Assembly (NCBI RefSeq): GCF_016433145.1
Contig: NC_058130.1
Coordinates: 206,031,143 to 206,095,142 of the forward strand
Direction of reading: 5' to 3'
Source: Gracilinanus agilis
Taxonomy: Eukaryota
DNA: 64,000 nucleotides
The translations under genes and the position numbers were made by a program. Position 1 is the stretch's first letter; every line of letters begins with the position of its first letter. Below, one piece after another: positions 48,765-61,456 of this stretch. The notes under the pieces were generated by a model. It was not told the origin of the DNA and did not search any database. It worked only from the letters and a program-made list of their open reading frames with translations.

Positions 48765-49000
48765 GCAACTAGGTGGTACAGTGAATAAAGTGCCAGGCCT
48801 GGAATCAGAAAGACTCATCTTCCTGAATTCAAATCGGGCCTTAGACACTTACTAGCTCTGTGACCCTGGGTAAGTCACTTAACTCTGTTTGTCTCAGTCA
48901 CTCATCTGTCAGATAAGCTGGAATAGGAAATGGCAAGCCACTCCAGTATCTTCACCAAGAAAACATCAAATGGGATCACAAAAAGACAGAACTGGATGAC
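48765..49000 (+). mobile_element. Mar1 (CORE-SINE with RTE-derived tail)
   Basis: tRNA-like head and core, then ggaaatggcaagccactccagtatcttcaccaagaaaac...gatcac...ctggatga. Confidence 0.85.
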
Positions 49001-49599
49001 ACTCCTAGAAAGAAAGCCTGGGGCTGTCTATCAATTATCCTCACCAAGGAACAGTTTTAGGCCTTTAATGAGAATCTCCCTTTGTTTAGACTCTTCAAAT
49101 TTGACCACCAAGGGGGCAGCTGAGTAGCTCAGTGGATTGAGAGCCAGGCCTACAGATGGGAGGTCCTGGGTTCAAATCTGACCTCAGACACATCAGGCAT
49201 TAGTTATGGTCCTTTCCCCCATCAGACCAATATACAAGTCTGAGCAGGAAAACTGGTGAAGTCCTTGCGAAAGATTAGAGCAACCTCAGCAGTTTTCTGA
49301 GCAAACAAAGCTAACTATACACAAAGGTATTCACAATTGTAGATGATCAGAAGTGCCAGGTCCTCTGCCTTATTAGGTGGGCAGCTCATATAGCTTTGGA
49401 TATGGCTTTTGAAATGAAGATAAGAAGATGAATTACTAACCAAGTCATGGAAGTGTTAATAAAACTGTACTGGGAATTCTGGAACAAAGGATCATTCTGT
49501 CCCCCAGTTTAGAACTTTCCCCAAAGTCTATACCCCATGAGATTGTTTTCTCTACTCCACTTGATCCTTCTAAGTCATTCAAGTCTTTCTGTGCAGATT

Positions 49600-50900
49600 T
49601 GAGGCACTGTTGGGGAAAGACCTCCTGGGTTAGGGCTGAGGATCATATAAGGGTCAGGCTATTCATAATGGAGAGAGACTGGAAGTTATATGCCCAAGTC
49701 ATTATGGTTTGGTAGGGGGAAGCAGTGCTACATATATCAGGGACTACTAGATACTGGCAGTCAGGTTACTATTATAAGGTAAGCCAGCAGGGGACTCTCA
49801 ATGGTCCAAGTTTCCTTTAGGGTTGGAGGAGGGAAGGAGCACCATTGCTAAGATGGAAATCAGTACATAATCCCATTTGGGTCTCACTTATGATGGTTAA
49901 TGAGGGAATTGTATCATGGATATGAATGGATATTATGAATTCTTGGGAGGAACTGCCCATTATTGTGGGATGGACTAAATGGAAGCTCTAGGAATTATGT
50001 GAACTATCTCATGTAGTTAATTTTAAACTATTTTGGATTAGAGGTGGAGAAGGTAAAATGAAAGACATTCTCTTCTAGTAATGGAGTCGTTGCAGGCTAG
50101 AATACTTTGCTACACAGACTTCCCTCATGACACTGTGTGGCCAAAATGACATGATAAAATAATGTCATATTGATTGTTGAAGGGAACCCAGGCCCCAAGT
50201 TAAGTAGCATCATAGGATTATTGATCTTGATAATGCATTTTCCTTTATTCCCAAAGCTGAAACATCAACAATTTGCTTTTATTGGTAAGGAGTTCAGTAT
50301 TTCCAGTCTTTCTTTACTTAAATTCTTCTACATATTGTCATAGTTTGATGAGCAGAGGCCCCACTTCCTACTCTTTGCTACTCTGGGCCAAATTAAACCA
50401 TTCTTAAATTAGAAGTTGAAGTCCGGATGGTGATTCATATGAGACTAGGTAGATCAAATCTGGAGGTAGTCTATCTAGCCTAGTCCATTTAGTTCAGTTT
50501 TGAGGAATACAATAGATGGGAAGAACCTGGATGATTTGATTTAGTTCATAATAAGTAACTGCTATTTGGTTCCTCATAGTCTAAAAAGAAAGCTCAGGAA
50601 TTATTGGCCTTTTCATGTTCTGGAGAACTCACATTCCCTACAATCTATGCCATCTCTAGTAGCCCAATCTCTCTGCTAGCCACTGTCTCCCAAATAAGGA
50701 GTAGAGATTTACTTGCTTATAGCTTACTATAGTTGATGCTTACTAAAAATGTGGTATTGCAAAGCAGTATCAGTTAAATTAGCTACCACAGCAGTGTCCC
50801 TAACAGAATATATTCTTTTCCATGGTCCCCTCTGTACCACTGGCTCTATTTGGGACATTTATTTTACCATCAAGTTAAGAGATAGGGCCCATGACCATCA
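49600..50900 (+). pseudogene. Class III (ERVL-like) pro-pol fossil
   Basis: Frameshifted motifs in RT order: VWPK (about 50137), IIDLDNAF (50217), QQFAF, LNSSTYCHSLMSR (about 50318), KKAQEL-GLFMFWRTHIPY (50583-50641; compare ERVL KKEAQRLVGLFGFWRQHIP). Confidence 0.75.
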
Positions 50901-51438
50901 TATTTGTTGAGTTTCCCATCTTCCATACAATCTTCAGGAAGTTGGTGTCATGTAATATTGGAATGGACTTTTAAAGACAATGGCTTCATCATCATGACTC
51001 TCATCATCAGGGTTTAGTGTCCCATTCCCCAAAGGCTATATTTTTGACAAAACATCACTATCTTGATAAAGAGGAAGCTCTCCAGTTCAATGTTTTCTTG
51101 GATATGGTCTTCAAGAAGGACTTATGTAATAAGACTAGATTACCTTTAGAAATAAATAGTCTGTTAACACTGTCCAGCCATTCTTTATTCTATCCTCTAT
51201 GGGAAACTGCCTGAGCATATGCCCCCATCAGAAGGCTCTATTCAACCCAAGGAAAAGGTTCAGCCTTCCCTTAACTGGCATGTTTCTTTTCCTTTAAGAT
51301 GGTATGGAAAACTCCTTCCTAAAAAGAGTCTACAGGAGGAAAGAACAATTACTGGAAGATTGTTTGCTTTTCACAATAGGAATTGTTGAAATTGTCTTTT
51401 TTTAAAAAAATCCTGATTAAATAAGAATTTACTTTAAA

Positions 51439-51604
51439 AAGAGGTCAGCAAAAACTAGGCCTGTTTTTGTATAGCCTAAGCTAAAAAATTGTTTTTACAT
51501 TTTAAAATACAATAACATTTTATTTTAAAATATAAAAATCATTAAGCTTATGGCTGTACAAAACCAGGCATTGGGTTCAAAGGGTCACAGTTTGCCAATC
51601 CCTG
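51439..51604. mobile_element. Old hAT-Charlie (MER58-like) MITE
   Basis: Degenerate ends gaggtcagcaaa...gtttgccaatccctg; internal cctgtttttgtatagcc...tttttacatttt. Confidence 0.65.
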
Positions 51605-52912
51605 ACCTAGAATGTGACTGTTTAGCTAACCTGACAGTAATCTTGGGTCACTTGATGAAGACGAGAGGGACTTTTTATCTGGCCCCTACAAGAGATAGCC
51701 CCTCAGCACAGAAGCTTTAAAGAAGGACAGGATTTAGTGTCCTTTTCTCTTATGGAGTTTCAGGGAAGAATTTTTTTGCTAGTAGACTAAGGAAAACTGA
51801 GTGGGTATGGTATGAGTCTTAGTATCAATTCAGGCCCCGGGGCAGATTTCATGAGAGGCTTATGAACTCTTAGGAATTTGTTAAAAATGACTTGAACTTT
51901 TGATTGGGAATGGAAGTATACTGATCTACACTGTGCATCTGATCTTGATGCCATTTCTAGTCTTTATGGTTGATTTTTTTTTTACATTAGGAGACATACT
52001 CTGAACTGCTCCTGACACTACACCCACAATGCAAATCATTCTTTTAAAGAACATTTTGTATTATTTTTTATATTCCTTCTATTATTTCTACTAAGCTCCT
52101 CCTCCAGTGTGGCATATGAGGTCAGAAATGTTTTAAGATTATTTTAATGGTAGAAGGTCCACTAAAATATGTTGGGGACCTTGCCACCAACAGGTGGAAT
52201 GTGGTAGTAGTGGTACCTGTTTTTTGTGGGCTGAGCTTATCTCTAAGAGGAAAGGCAAGTCCTTTGGTCTCTTTTCTCTCTGGGGCTCAGCCTTCTGGGA
52301 ATACCTTTCTAAAATAGCACAACTGGCCACCAGAATGAATACATACAAAGATGGAAGGAGTATTTATCTGAATTAATACCTTAGGAATTCTGTAAGATTT
52401 TTCATTGTTACAGTCATTTTTATTACATTTTATGGTCCATGAGGATCTCATTGAATTCTAACCCCAGGTCTGAATCACTGGATTGAGTCAGATCTGGCCA
52501 AGAATCCATGCATTTAAGATCATTCAAGGTTCCTTGCTAGATACAACTACAGTGAACTTTGTTCAATGACCTTGTAATTATTTAGCATCAAGCAAGGCAT
52601 TCAAGAGGGAAATGGACGCTCACCAAAGGTGTTTGCCACTGTCATTAAGGATTTCCTTCTGTACAAGATCCTTCAGATGCCAACTGCATATAATATAATG
52701 GAGAAAAAAGAAAAGGCATTTATCAAGAATTTAATCATATTTAGGCAAATTCAAGAGCATATAGTTGCAGTGTTTGACCCAAAGTCATAAAGTGGAAAAC
52801 AGAAAGAAAAAGGAATGTTTGTTTTTTTTTTTTAACACAAACCTACTTCATTAATCCTGAAGACAAAGAACTGAAAAGACAGAAAAATCAGAAGATAAGA
52901 ATATGGAGATGG

Positions 52913-53109
52913 GGGGCAGCTGGGTAGCTCAGTGGATTGAGAGCCAGGCCTAGAGACAGGAGATCCTAGGTTCAAATCCGGCCTCAGACACTTCCCAGCT
53001 GTGTGACCCTGGGCAAGTCACTTGACCCCCATTGCCCACCCTTACCACTCTTCCACTTAAGAGCCAATACACAGAAGTTAAGGGTTTAAAAAAAAAGAAA
53101 AAGAAAAAA
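52913..53109 (+). mobile_element. Young SINE1_Mdo-type SINE with 16 bp TSD
   Basis: TSD AAGAATATGGAGATGG at 52897-52912 and 53110-53125; A-rich tail. Confidence 0.96.
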
Positions 53110-53592
53110 AAGAATATGGAGATGGAAAAAGAATCATGGATAGAATCACTGAATGTGAGCAATGGAAGGGATCTTTTTACCATATAAAAAAGGAATCCCC
53201 ACTATAACATTCCTCACAAGTGATCATTTACCCTCTGCTTTAAAGCCTCCAATGTAGAAAATCTTACCACCTCTATCATTTTATTTTTGGATTGCTCTAA
53301 TTGTTAGGCAGAATGGAAATAAGAGAATGGAGGAGTTGTGAAAGGTACTCAAAAGATAAGATGAAGCTAAACTTCCCCTCAAATAATAAAGGAGTAATTT
53401 TTCTTCTTTTATTATCCCATTGTCTACTCTCTACATGTCAGGGGCCTCTGCAGTTCCATTTAATGCCTTAAAATGGCAAATAAACTAATCCCATGTACAG
53501 GATACAGAAAGTGACATGAAGCCAAGAAATGAATGGTAATATATACTATGAATAAAGTTCATCAATATTCTCCTTACATTGATGTAACTATT

Positions 53593-53596
<4 letters not shown>

Positions 53597-53624
<28 letters not shown>
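53597..53624. repeat. (CA)14 microsatellite
   Basis: Direct reading. Confidence 0.97.
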
Positions 53625-53627
<3 letters not shown>

Positions 53628-54684
53628 GTCCTACTTTTATTTTACTAATTCAATAGTTCATTTGCTTTCAATGAGATTGTCCAAATTTTAAATTTTGTGT
53701 TTGGTTGGGGTTTTTAAATTTGTTGCTTTTATAGGTTTTTTTTTAGTTGCATGGATAAATTCAATGGCCTGTTCTCTCATTTGTTGATGAAAGCTTCTAA
53801 GAGGGAAAATGTTTATCGTAAGAATTGCTTTAGCTACATCCCATAAGTTTTGGCAAACTCTTTACTTTTGTTTCTTTTCAAATAAATTCTCTATTTTTTT
53901 CCATGATTTGTTCTTTCCCTACTTACTCCTTCTTTAGAATTATTTAGAGCCCAATTAATTTTTTTAACATTCTGGCCAGTAAAAGATGTTTAGTATTTCT
54001 GCTTTTCTAAGTTTGTGGGGCTTTTATGCTCTTAATACATGGTTAATTTCTGTAAAAGTGATAGCGCATATCTGATAAGTATGCAAACAGCAATTATCTC
54101 TATTCTGAAGTTCTATTCAGTCTTTAACTTCACTTATGTTTATTTGGTTACATTTGTACACAAACAGCAATCCATTATCTCTAATTTTTCTAAAATTCTA
54201 TTCAGTCTTTAACTTATTTAGTTATATTTGTCTATGTCTGAAAGAAGTGCACTGAAGTTCCCTATTTTATAAGTATTTATTTCTCCAATTATTTCCTTTT
54301 AACATGTAAATGTTATGCTATTGTTAAATGTACATTATTGATGTTGAATTATTTAATAGTTTCCCTGCATATCTTTTTATTATGTTTTTTCTTGCAGCCT
54401 TGCCTGAAATTCTGATTGCATTGAATTCACCTGAAGCATATTAGATTCTGCTCCAGACCTTTTTGAATCTTTGTTTCAAGTATACCATTTGTAAACAACA
54501 TATTGTTGGATTCTGTCTCCTAATCCATTCTATTTTTTTGTCAATATGGGTGAGTTCATTTCATTCACATTCATGGTTGTAATTATTACACATTTCTTTT
54601 TATTCTTTTTGTATTATTTTGCCTTTGTACTATCCCCCTTTACAAAGAAGGCAGGAAAAGAGAAGTTTGACCAACACTTGCAAT

Positions 54685-54871
54685 TTTTTTTTTTTAAACC
54701 CTTGTACTTCGGTGTATTGTCTCATAGGTGGAAGAGTGGTAAGGGTGGGCAATGGGGGTCAAGTGACTTGCCCAGGGTCACACAGCTGAGAAGTGGCTGA
54801 GGCTGGGTTTGAACCTAGGACCTCCTGTCTCTAGGCCTGACTCTCACTCCACTGAGCTACCCAGCTGCCCC
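54685..54871 (-). mobile_element. Young SINE1_Mdo-type SINE
   Basis: Full length; TSD TGCAATTTTT at 54679-54688 and 54872-54881. Confidence 0.94.
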
Positions 54872-55231
54872 TGCAATTTTTAAATGATCCATTTCTGACC
54901 CTTTGCTTCTTTCCTCTTCTCCCTTGACCTATTCCTGATCATAGGTTTTTATTCTTTCCTTTTAATCTCGGCTTCCTGCTTCAGTCTCTGCTGTGTTTTC
55001 CTTATGACCATCCCTAAACTACCTGTCCTCTCTCTTAAATCCCTCCCATTTCTCTTTTGAGTTTAATGTAGTATCATATCATAATTTGTGTGTATTTAGG
55101 CTCTTTTCTGTCCAGTTCAGATGAAATTGAGTTGTTTTTTTCTCTCCCTCATGGCTTTCAGATAATCAGATAATTCTAAGATTATCTCTGCTTGGTCTAT
55201 TTTTCAGGTACTTATTTTTGATAGCATATGC

Positions 55232-55436
55232 CTGTATTGGTGAACCTATGGTACGTTTGCTGGAAGGGACTGCTCCCTTCCCCCTCTCCATGCCAAGACA
55301 TTTCTTTCATCATCCACCCCTCTGCCCAGTGAGAGTGCTTCCTCCCTCCCCTGGATAAAGTGGGGAGGGGGGCCCTCACATGTGGCATGAAGGTTGTAGT
55401 TTGGGCACTTGATCTCTAAAAGTTTTGCCATCACTG
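55232..55436. mobile_element. hAT MITE of the CAGTGATGGCGAACCT TIR type (about 205 bp)
   Basis: Left end CTGTATTGGTGAACCT, right end AAGTTTTGCCATCACTG; degenerate 8 bp TSD GCATATGC/GTATATAT. Confidence 0.7.
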
Positions 55437-56199
55437 GTATATATGCCTTACATTTTCTTAGACTTTTTCTTTTCAAGTCTTTTGATTTTGCTTAAATATT
55501 TCTTATATCTCATGGAGATGTTTCTGTTTGGCCCGTTCTAACTTTAAAGGAATTTAGTTTCTGGGCAAGAGTTAACAGCATCTATTCTAAGGTATTAATT
55601 CTTCTTGCCATTCTTTCCTTTCTGGATTTAACATTTTATTTAATATTTCATCTCATTTCTTCCAGATACTACTGAAGTTCTTGTGGCCACAAGAAACTTT
55701 TCTTTGACATTCTCTATCTGGACATTCGGGATTACTCTTTTCTTCTAAGTTTTCCTTTTGATCTTCTCTCTGTCCAAGCTATTACCTTATTATGTTGGTG
55801 TCATCTTCTATTTATTCATATCTTCATTCTCAGTATACAGATTGAGGTTTTGTTCTAGAATCCAAGTCTGCTTCTTCCCATATTCTCTTGGATAATGTGG
55901 ACAGGCCCTATTTGGTTGTAGGTGCAGTAACTGAGACCGGGTCCTACTATCTTTAGGAATCATCTGATTTTGTCTCTTGCCATAGTTAGATTATAAGCTC
56001 CCTGAGAGCAAGAACAGTCTTTTGCCTTTTTTTTAGTCCCCAGAAGCCACCACTTAATGCTTATGTTTGGATACAGAAAAGATAGACTGAGTGAAGATTA
56101 AAATTTGAGGGGGTAGACCATAGCTAGTACAATAATTTGTTTTATTTAACTATACATATGTAACGGGTTTTCTTTTTCTTGCTTCCCCCCCCCCCCCTT

Positions 56200-56388
56200 T
56201 ATCCTTACTGTCTGTCTTAGAATTGATACTGAGTATTATCAGTGGCAGTAGAGCAGTATGGGCTAGGCAGTTGGGGTTAATTGACTTGTCTAGGGTCACC
56301 CAGCTAGGAAGTATCTGAGGCCAGAGTTGAATCTAGGACCTCTCATCTCCACCCCTGGTGCTCTATCCACTGAGCCACCTAGCTGCCC
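56200..56388 (-). mobile_element. SINE1_Mdo-related SINE
   Basis: ctgtcttagaattgatactgag...gggtcacccagctaggaag...ccactgagccacctagctgcccc. Confidence 0.88.
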
Positions 56389-57819
56389 CTTTTTGAGCTT
56401 TTTCAAGAAAGTCAGGGGGATGGAGAGAGGTAGGAAGGTAAAGTAGATCTTTGTGAAAATTAATATATATTTTAAATTTTAATTTAAAAAATTGAAAACA
56501 AATTATTGACTGATCCACATACAGGTTACTGGGACACTGTGTTAGGCATGATCTGCCTTGTTGCTGCTTTGGTCCTGGGTTCCATCCCTTGTAGCTGGGA
56601 TTCGAATCATCCTGCATTAGATGCTAAGTCAGACCATGAGTCCAGCTGTGGGACTGAGTTCATATGTGCTTTACCACCTACCTATTCTAGCTTGCCTCTG
56701 CTCAGTGCTTCCACAGTATTCTGACAGGTATATTGTGTGGGTGTATATGCAGTCCTACACTAGTTGAAGGAATTTATAGCTAAATTCTCTACATTTTATC
56801 AGTGTTCCCTCTGGTGCTTTTTAAAGGTTTTTCTGGTGCGTCTCTGGGTGACCTAGGCTCCTCCAGGTCCAAACACTGCTATCTTCTCTTACCAGTTCTG
56901 AACATCCATACCTGTTCTCAACAAACTGGTTTCTTTATTTAGTAGAAATGTTCATTTTTGTCTTTGTATTCCAAGTGCCTACCATGCTACCTTGCACATA
57001 ATAGTCTTTTGATAAGCCTTTGCTGAACTGAACCGACATATGCTTTTGCTATTTTAGGGGAACTTAGCATCCCCCCCCTTACTTTTACTACTAAAGCTAT
57101 ATACTTTGATGCTTTATTATGGCAAAAGAGTGATATTAGAGTCTCAAAGACAGTTCAAGTAGACTGGAAAGCATACTAGGTTTAGGCTTCTAGAATGGGC
57201 CAAGCAATAGATTTATTGAAGGATCAGCCTAACAAAGTCAGAGAGGCTTGTTTTCAGATTGTCCACATGGAGTTAATTTTATGGCTATATCAACTCTTGA
57301 AGACCATCTGTTTTTAAGGACATACAGGGATTTCAGTCTTTTATGTTGATTGATGAGGAGCCACCCATACCAATTAAATCCACAGGTCCTTTAAATAATA
57401 TATTAAGGGGGCAACCAAAGAGACATGCAGAATTTATTATTGCTACCTTAAAGCACCCACAGTATACCCTAACATTCTAACAGTTTTATACTAGCAATAT
57501 TAGCTACAAGGTTCAATAATAAATGCTTTAGGTTGTTCTCAAGTGAGAAATTGGCTAGTATGGATAAGTTAGTTAATGTACTTTGATCTGGGAAGCAAAT
57601 CTCCAGCAGATTTGAGGCTTCCATGCCCCAGTAGGATAGGGGAAAGACTTAAGCAATTTATGAGGCTTCACTGGAGTAGCCTCATAACAGGTACTGTTTT
57701 ATATTTCCAATGATATTCCTATCAAGTGATGGCTTGCATTTAGTATCATCTTCCTTACCTTTGGCCTATGCCACCTTTTCTATGAATCTTGGTTGGGATA
57801 TGATTTCACTGTTGCAGAA

Positions 57820-57985
57820 ATTCCTGCTGAGCAAACTTCCCCTATCAATGAGGACAGATGACTGTTCTGTAACTTAGTCTTACAGAGTTGATAAGTGAAT
57901 TGCCTAGGGTCACACAGCCAGTATGTGTTAAAGGTGAGACTTGAATCTAGGTCTTGACTCAGGTTCAGCTCTCTACCTATTGGTA
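57820..57985 (-). mobile_element. MIR fragment
   Basis: aagtgaattgcctagggtcacacagccagtatgtg...gacttgaatctaggtcttgactc. Confidence 0.75.
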
Positions 57986-60136
57986 TCAAGCTGCTTCTCT
58001 TTTAGTAAATATAGATAAAAGGATTAGATACAGCCATTTGCTTCCATTTACTAGTTAAGGAATATAATTTCTTTTATCCAGTAAGCTTTACGACTTTATT
58101 CATTTAGACAATTTTGGTTAATGCCCAACACAGGGGTCCAGCAGCTGTAAAATGAATTCTCAGGGAATAAAGAAAAGCCTCCAAAGACTCATATGGCAAT
58201 CATGAAGTCTATATTGTTAAAACCCAGAGAAAGAATCTACTGAATGATTTTTCTGTTTTGTCTCTGCTTTCTAAATCTAAATTGCCAGTTAGTTAAATGA
58301 GCTCACTAGGGGGTCTAGAGTTAGATCAGTCATCATCTTGACTCTTGTCTTAGGAAAAACCTAGAGTACGATAAGCTTGCTAACCCCACATCAAGCCTCA
58401 TAATATAGATCTTTTAAATAAAACAGCAAGAAAAAAGTTCAAACTATACATGTAGTTAAAAGTTCAGTTATGGTAAACTTGAAAAATGTAATCCAAATAA
58501 AATGTACTTAGCTATGTAAGATATTTAGTCAAGAATACTGGAAGGTCTTGACTGATATCAGAAATATTTGACCAATCTCTATAAAAAATTCAAGGTATGG
58601 TTACAATAAAAGTATACATAAATAATTAAAGGTTCAAATTTCAGCTAAATCATAAAGGAATCCACTTTACTGCAATTATATAAGTACTTTAACACTAACT
58701 GTTTAAGGGTACCACACAGAGCATGTACAATAAAAGAAAAAAAACCAACAAGCAGAAATACATAAAATGTACAGAAATAACAACATATCGGTGGGTTTGA
58801 TTTCCACATGGCTCTGTTAATGAGTAAAAACAGAAGATAGTAAAAATCTATCTCAGATACTTGTCTTCATCCAATTGATTCTGACAGGGAATCTTCTGTA
58901 AAGCTAGGGGCAAAGAAGAGCTACAAGGAGTCTTTTTACCGATTGATACACCACCTTCTGAACCAGGACTGGCTTAGATGTGTCAATAATTTGGCCCCTA
59001 CATACCTGATCTATGTTGGTGTATTGGGGATAAAGACGTGTATCCCAGCAAATTAAGTGGGATTAAGGATAACTCTTGAAAAGCAGTAGAATGAGAAGGG
59101 GGAAGGACAGGTAGAGAATAGAAGTGGGGAGTGAATAAGTGAATTACATGTCAGTTTTGAAGTTTTAAATATTTAGTTTCAGGGATTTCACAAAGCAAGT
59201 GAGTGGCCTATGAAACAAAGCTCTCTTCTCAAGTGACTAATCCCAGGCAATGCTAAGAATCTAAGAGCATTAAGTGACCCAAAAAGCAAATATCATCAAT
59301 GTTTATGCCAAGTAGAACTGTTTACCCAAGAAATAGATTGTGGATTGAACACATGTAGAGTGTTTTTTCTGCCAAATTGACTCTTTCTAGTAACAGAACC
59401 CAAAGAGAAAGTTACAGAGAATAAATTTTTATCATGTTGTACTTTAACCTTCTGGATCATCAATATAAGCAGCTCTAACTCAAAATAATTAGAACAAATT
59501 GCTACAAGCCAGGAATTGCTGGAACCAGGATTTTCTATATACACTATTTCAAAGGACTACACACTGTTTTTTGGGTGTCATCTCTTTAATATATAATTTT
59601 ATTTCTGGTTATAGAAACAAATGCTAACAGGAGAAGCAAAACTTCTCCCAACCACGTACATCAATTTTAGATAACAGATAACAGAACAGTTAAAATAAAT
59701 GAAAAAAAAGTAGAAATTTTAAACTTTGTTATAGCTTTAAAACATTAACGTCTGATACAATTAGAAATCACATTCAGATCTCAAAATTACTTTAAAAAAA
59801 AAGTATGGCTCCTTATAAAAAAAAATACTGTATCCCATTTGAAATGAAAACACAGGTCTAACCTTAGATGCTGGTTTTTCCAACTTTATGATAGTCCTCT
59901 TTCCTCACCACCCTGTTAGTTGGCTTTTCATCTTTCTTAAGTTTCCCACAATTCATATAAACAGACCAGTTTGGTTCCCCTTCCCCAACAGAGAGTGAGA
60001 CATTATAATATGGTATGACCTAAAATTTACATCCATTGCCATAGACCCAAGTTCCCACTTTACAGAGACACCACCTGCTTTTTAAAGCACTGATTATTAA
60101 ACATGTTGTGATAAACACTTTAAACAGCCACTGTTA

Positions 60137-60140
<4 letters not shown>

Positions 60141-60180
<40 letters not shown>
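60141..60180. repeat. (CA)20 microsatellite
   Basis: Direct reading. Confidence 0.97.
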
Positions 60181-60183
<3 letters not shown>

Positions 60184-61423
60184 GCATACATCCTCACACT
60201 CAAAAGTATCTTTACAGGAGAATTCATGTTTGGATAAGAAAAAACAAAAACAAAAAAGTTGGCTTTATCTTATCCTCTCTTAAATTAAGTGCCAAACTGT
60301 CAGGCAGAGGAAGAGACTCTAAATAATAGCATCTCTTTAGTCATTTGTACATGTAAGGGATATCTGAGGCTCTGTCTTCCTGATTTTAGCTAAGCCCAAG
60401 AAGATATTCTGGAATCTAGAGGGTTTTTTCCTTTTTTATCTCATCTTCCCTTCTACAGGAAACAATCCATTCAAACTCAGGTAAGTTTTAGGTAAAGCTG
60501 CCTTTCTTTTAAAACAAACAACTGGTTTTTCAATTTAAAAAAAGTTTCTCCGTTTGGATTTTAGGTTTACTATCTAAACCAGTTAGTTTAGCTTGTTAAA
60601 GAACAATGAAATGTAAGGTCATACCTTCCTGTAGAGAAAAGATCCAATCTGCTTAACAGCCAGCTCCGGACTTCACTATAACTGCAGCAAGCTCACACTT
60701 TGTGCCATAGGTCACAAAGACTAAGGAATGAGAGTATCGATGGTTCCACACAACTCTTCATAACAGAAAGTCACTGCCAAAAGGCACATCCTTTTGACCT
60801 CTGGGTCAGAAGCATCTTTGCATATGAAGGACATGAAACATTTAATACAGTCAACTCTCACCTTCCGAATGTAGCAGATACCTACATAGCTATATAGTCT
60901 ACTGAAGCCTAGGCTGGATTTGAAAATGCCTATGCTGACAAGAGTGAAAAAAGACTTCCAGAATTCTCAGATATTTCAGCTCCCTTTAAAAAAAGAAAGA
61001 AAACCAAACCTCTTCCACTTGCTTATTAGTTTAAAAACAAAGGTCATCTTTGTATGGTAGAATTATCCTTTTTAAATTTCTGAAACATTACAATAGCCCT
61101 GCCACCATGTGATTATGACCAGTCTGCTAAAAGCTAAGGAATCAAGATGGAGCTGGTTTACTTCTTAATCAAGTAGTAAAAGGGAAACTGTTGGATTTAT
61201 CCTTTACAGCTATCTTTTTAATGACCATTAATTAATGTAAATCAGATCAAATCAATTCTTCCATGACTCTATTCATGTTGAAATCCAGAATTTGTCAACA
61301 TTACTCTAGTTTTATCTTCCTAGGAACCATTACTAAAGCTTGTGTGTGACAAGAAAATGCAAAAACTGACCATTTTTGACAATAACATTTTCCCCATAAA
61401 AGCATGTAAATGGCTTTAAACTG

Positions 61424-61453
<30 letters not shown>
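61424..61453. repeat. A30 homopolymer
   Basis: Direct reading. Confidence 0.97.

Positions 61454-61456
<3 letters not shown>

Larger units (their letters stand above)
53640..55900 (-). mobile_element. Old fragmented L1 carrying a SINE and a MITE
   Basis: T-rich reverse L1 ORF2-like sequence (aacaacatattgttggattctg...gggtgagttcatttcattcacattcatggtt). Confidence 0.7.

Noticed and set aside
48765-48785. Mar1 and SINE heads (GCAACTAGGTGGTAC) as CTCF sites
   Set aside because: Mar1-borne CTCF sites are reported in opossum, but this copy has two core mismatches including loss of the GGC; weaker than the 33939 site.
11666-56388. tRNA-like A/B-box sequences (GGTTCAAATCC etc.) as tRNA genes
   Set aside because: Each continues into a SINE body with an A-rich tail and often a TSD; no complete cloverleaf.
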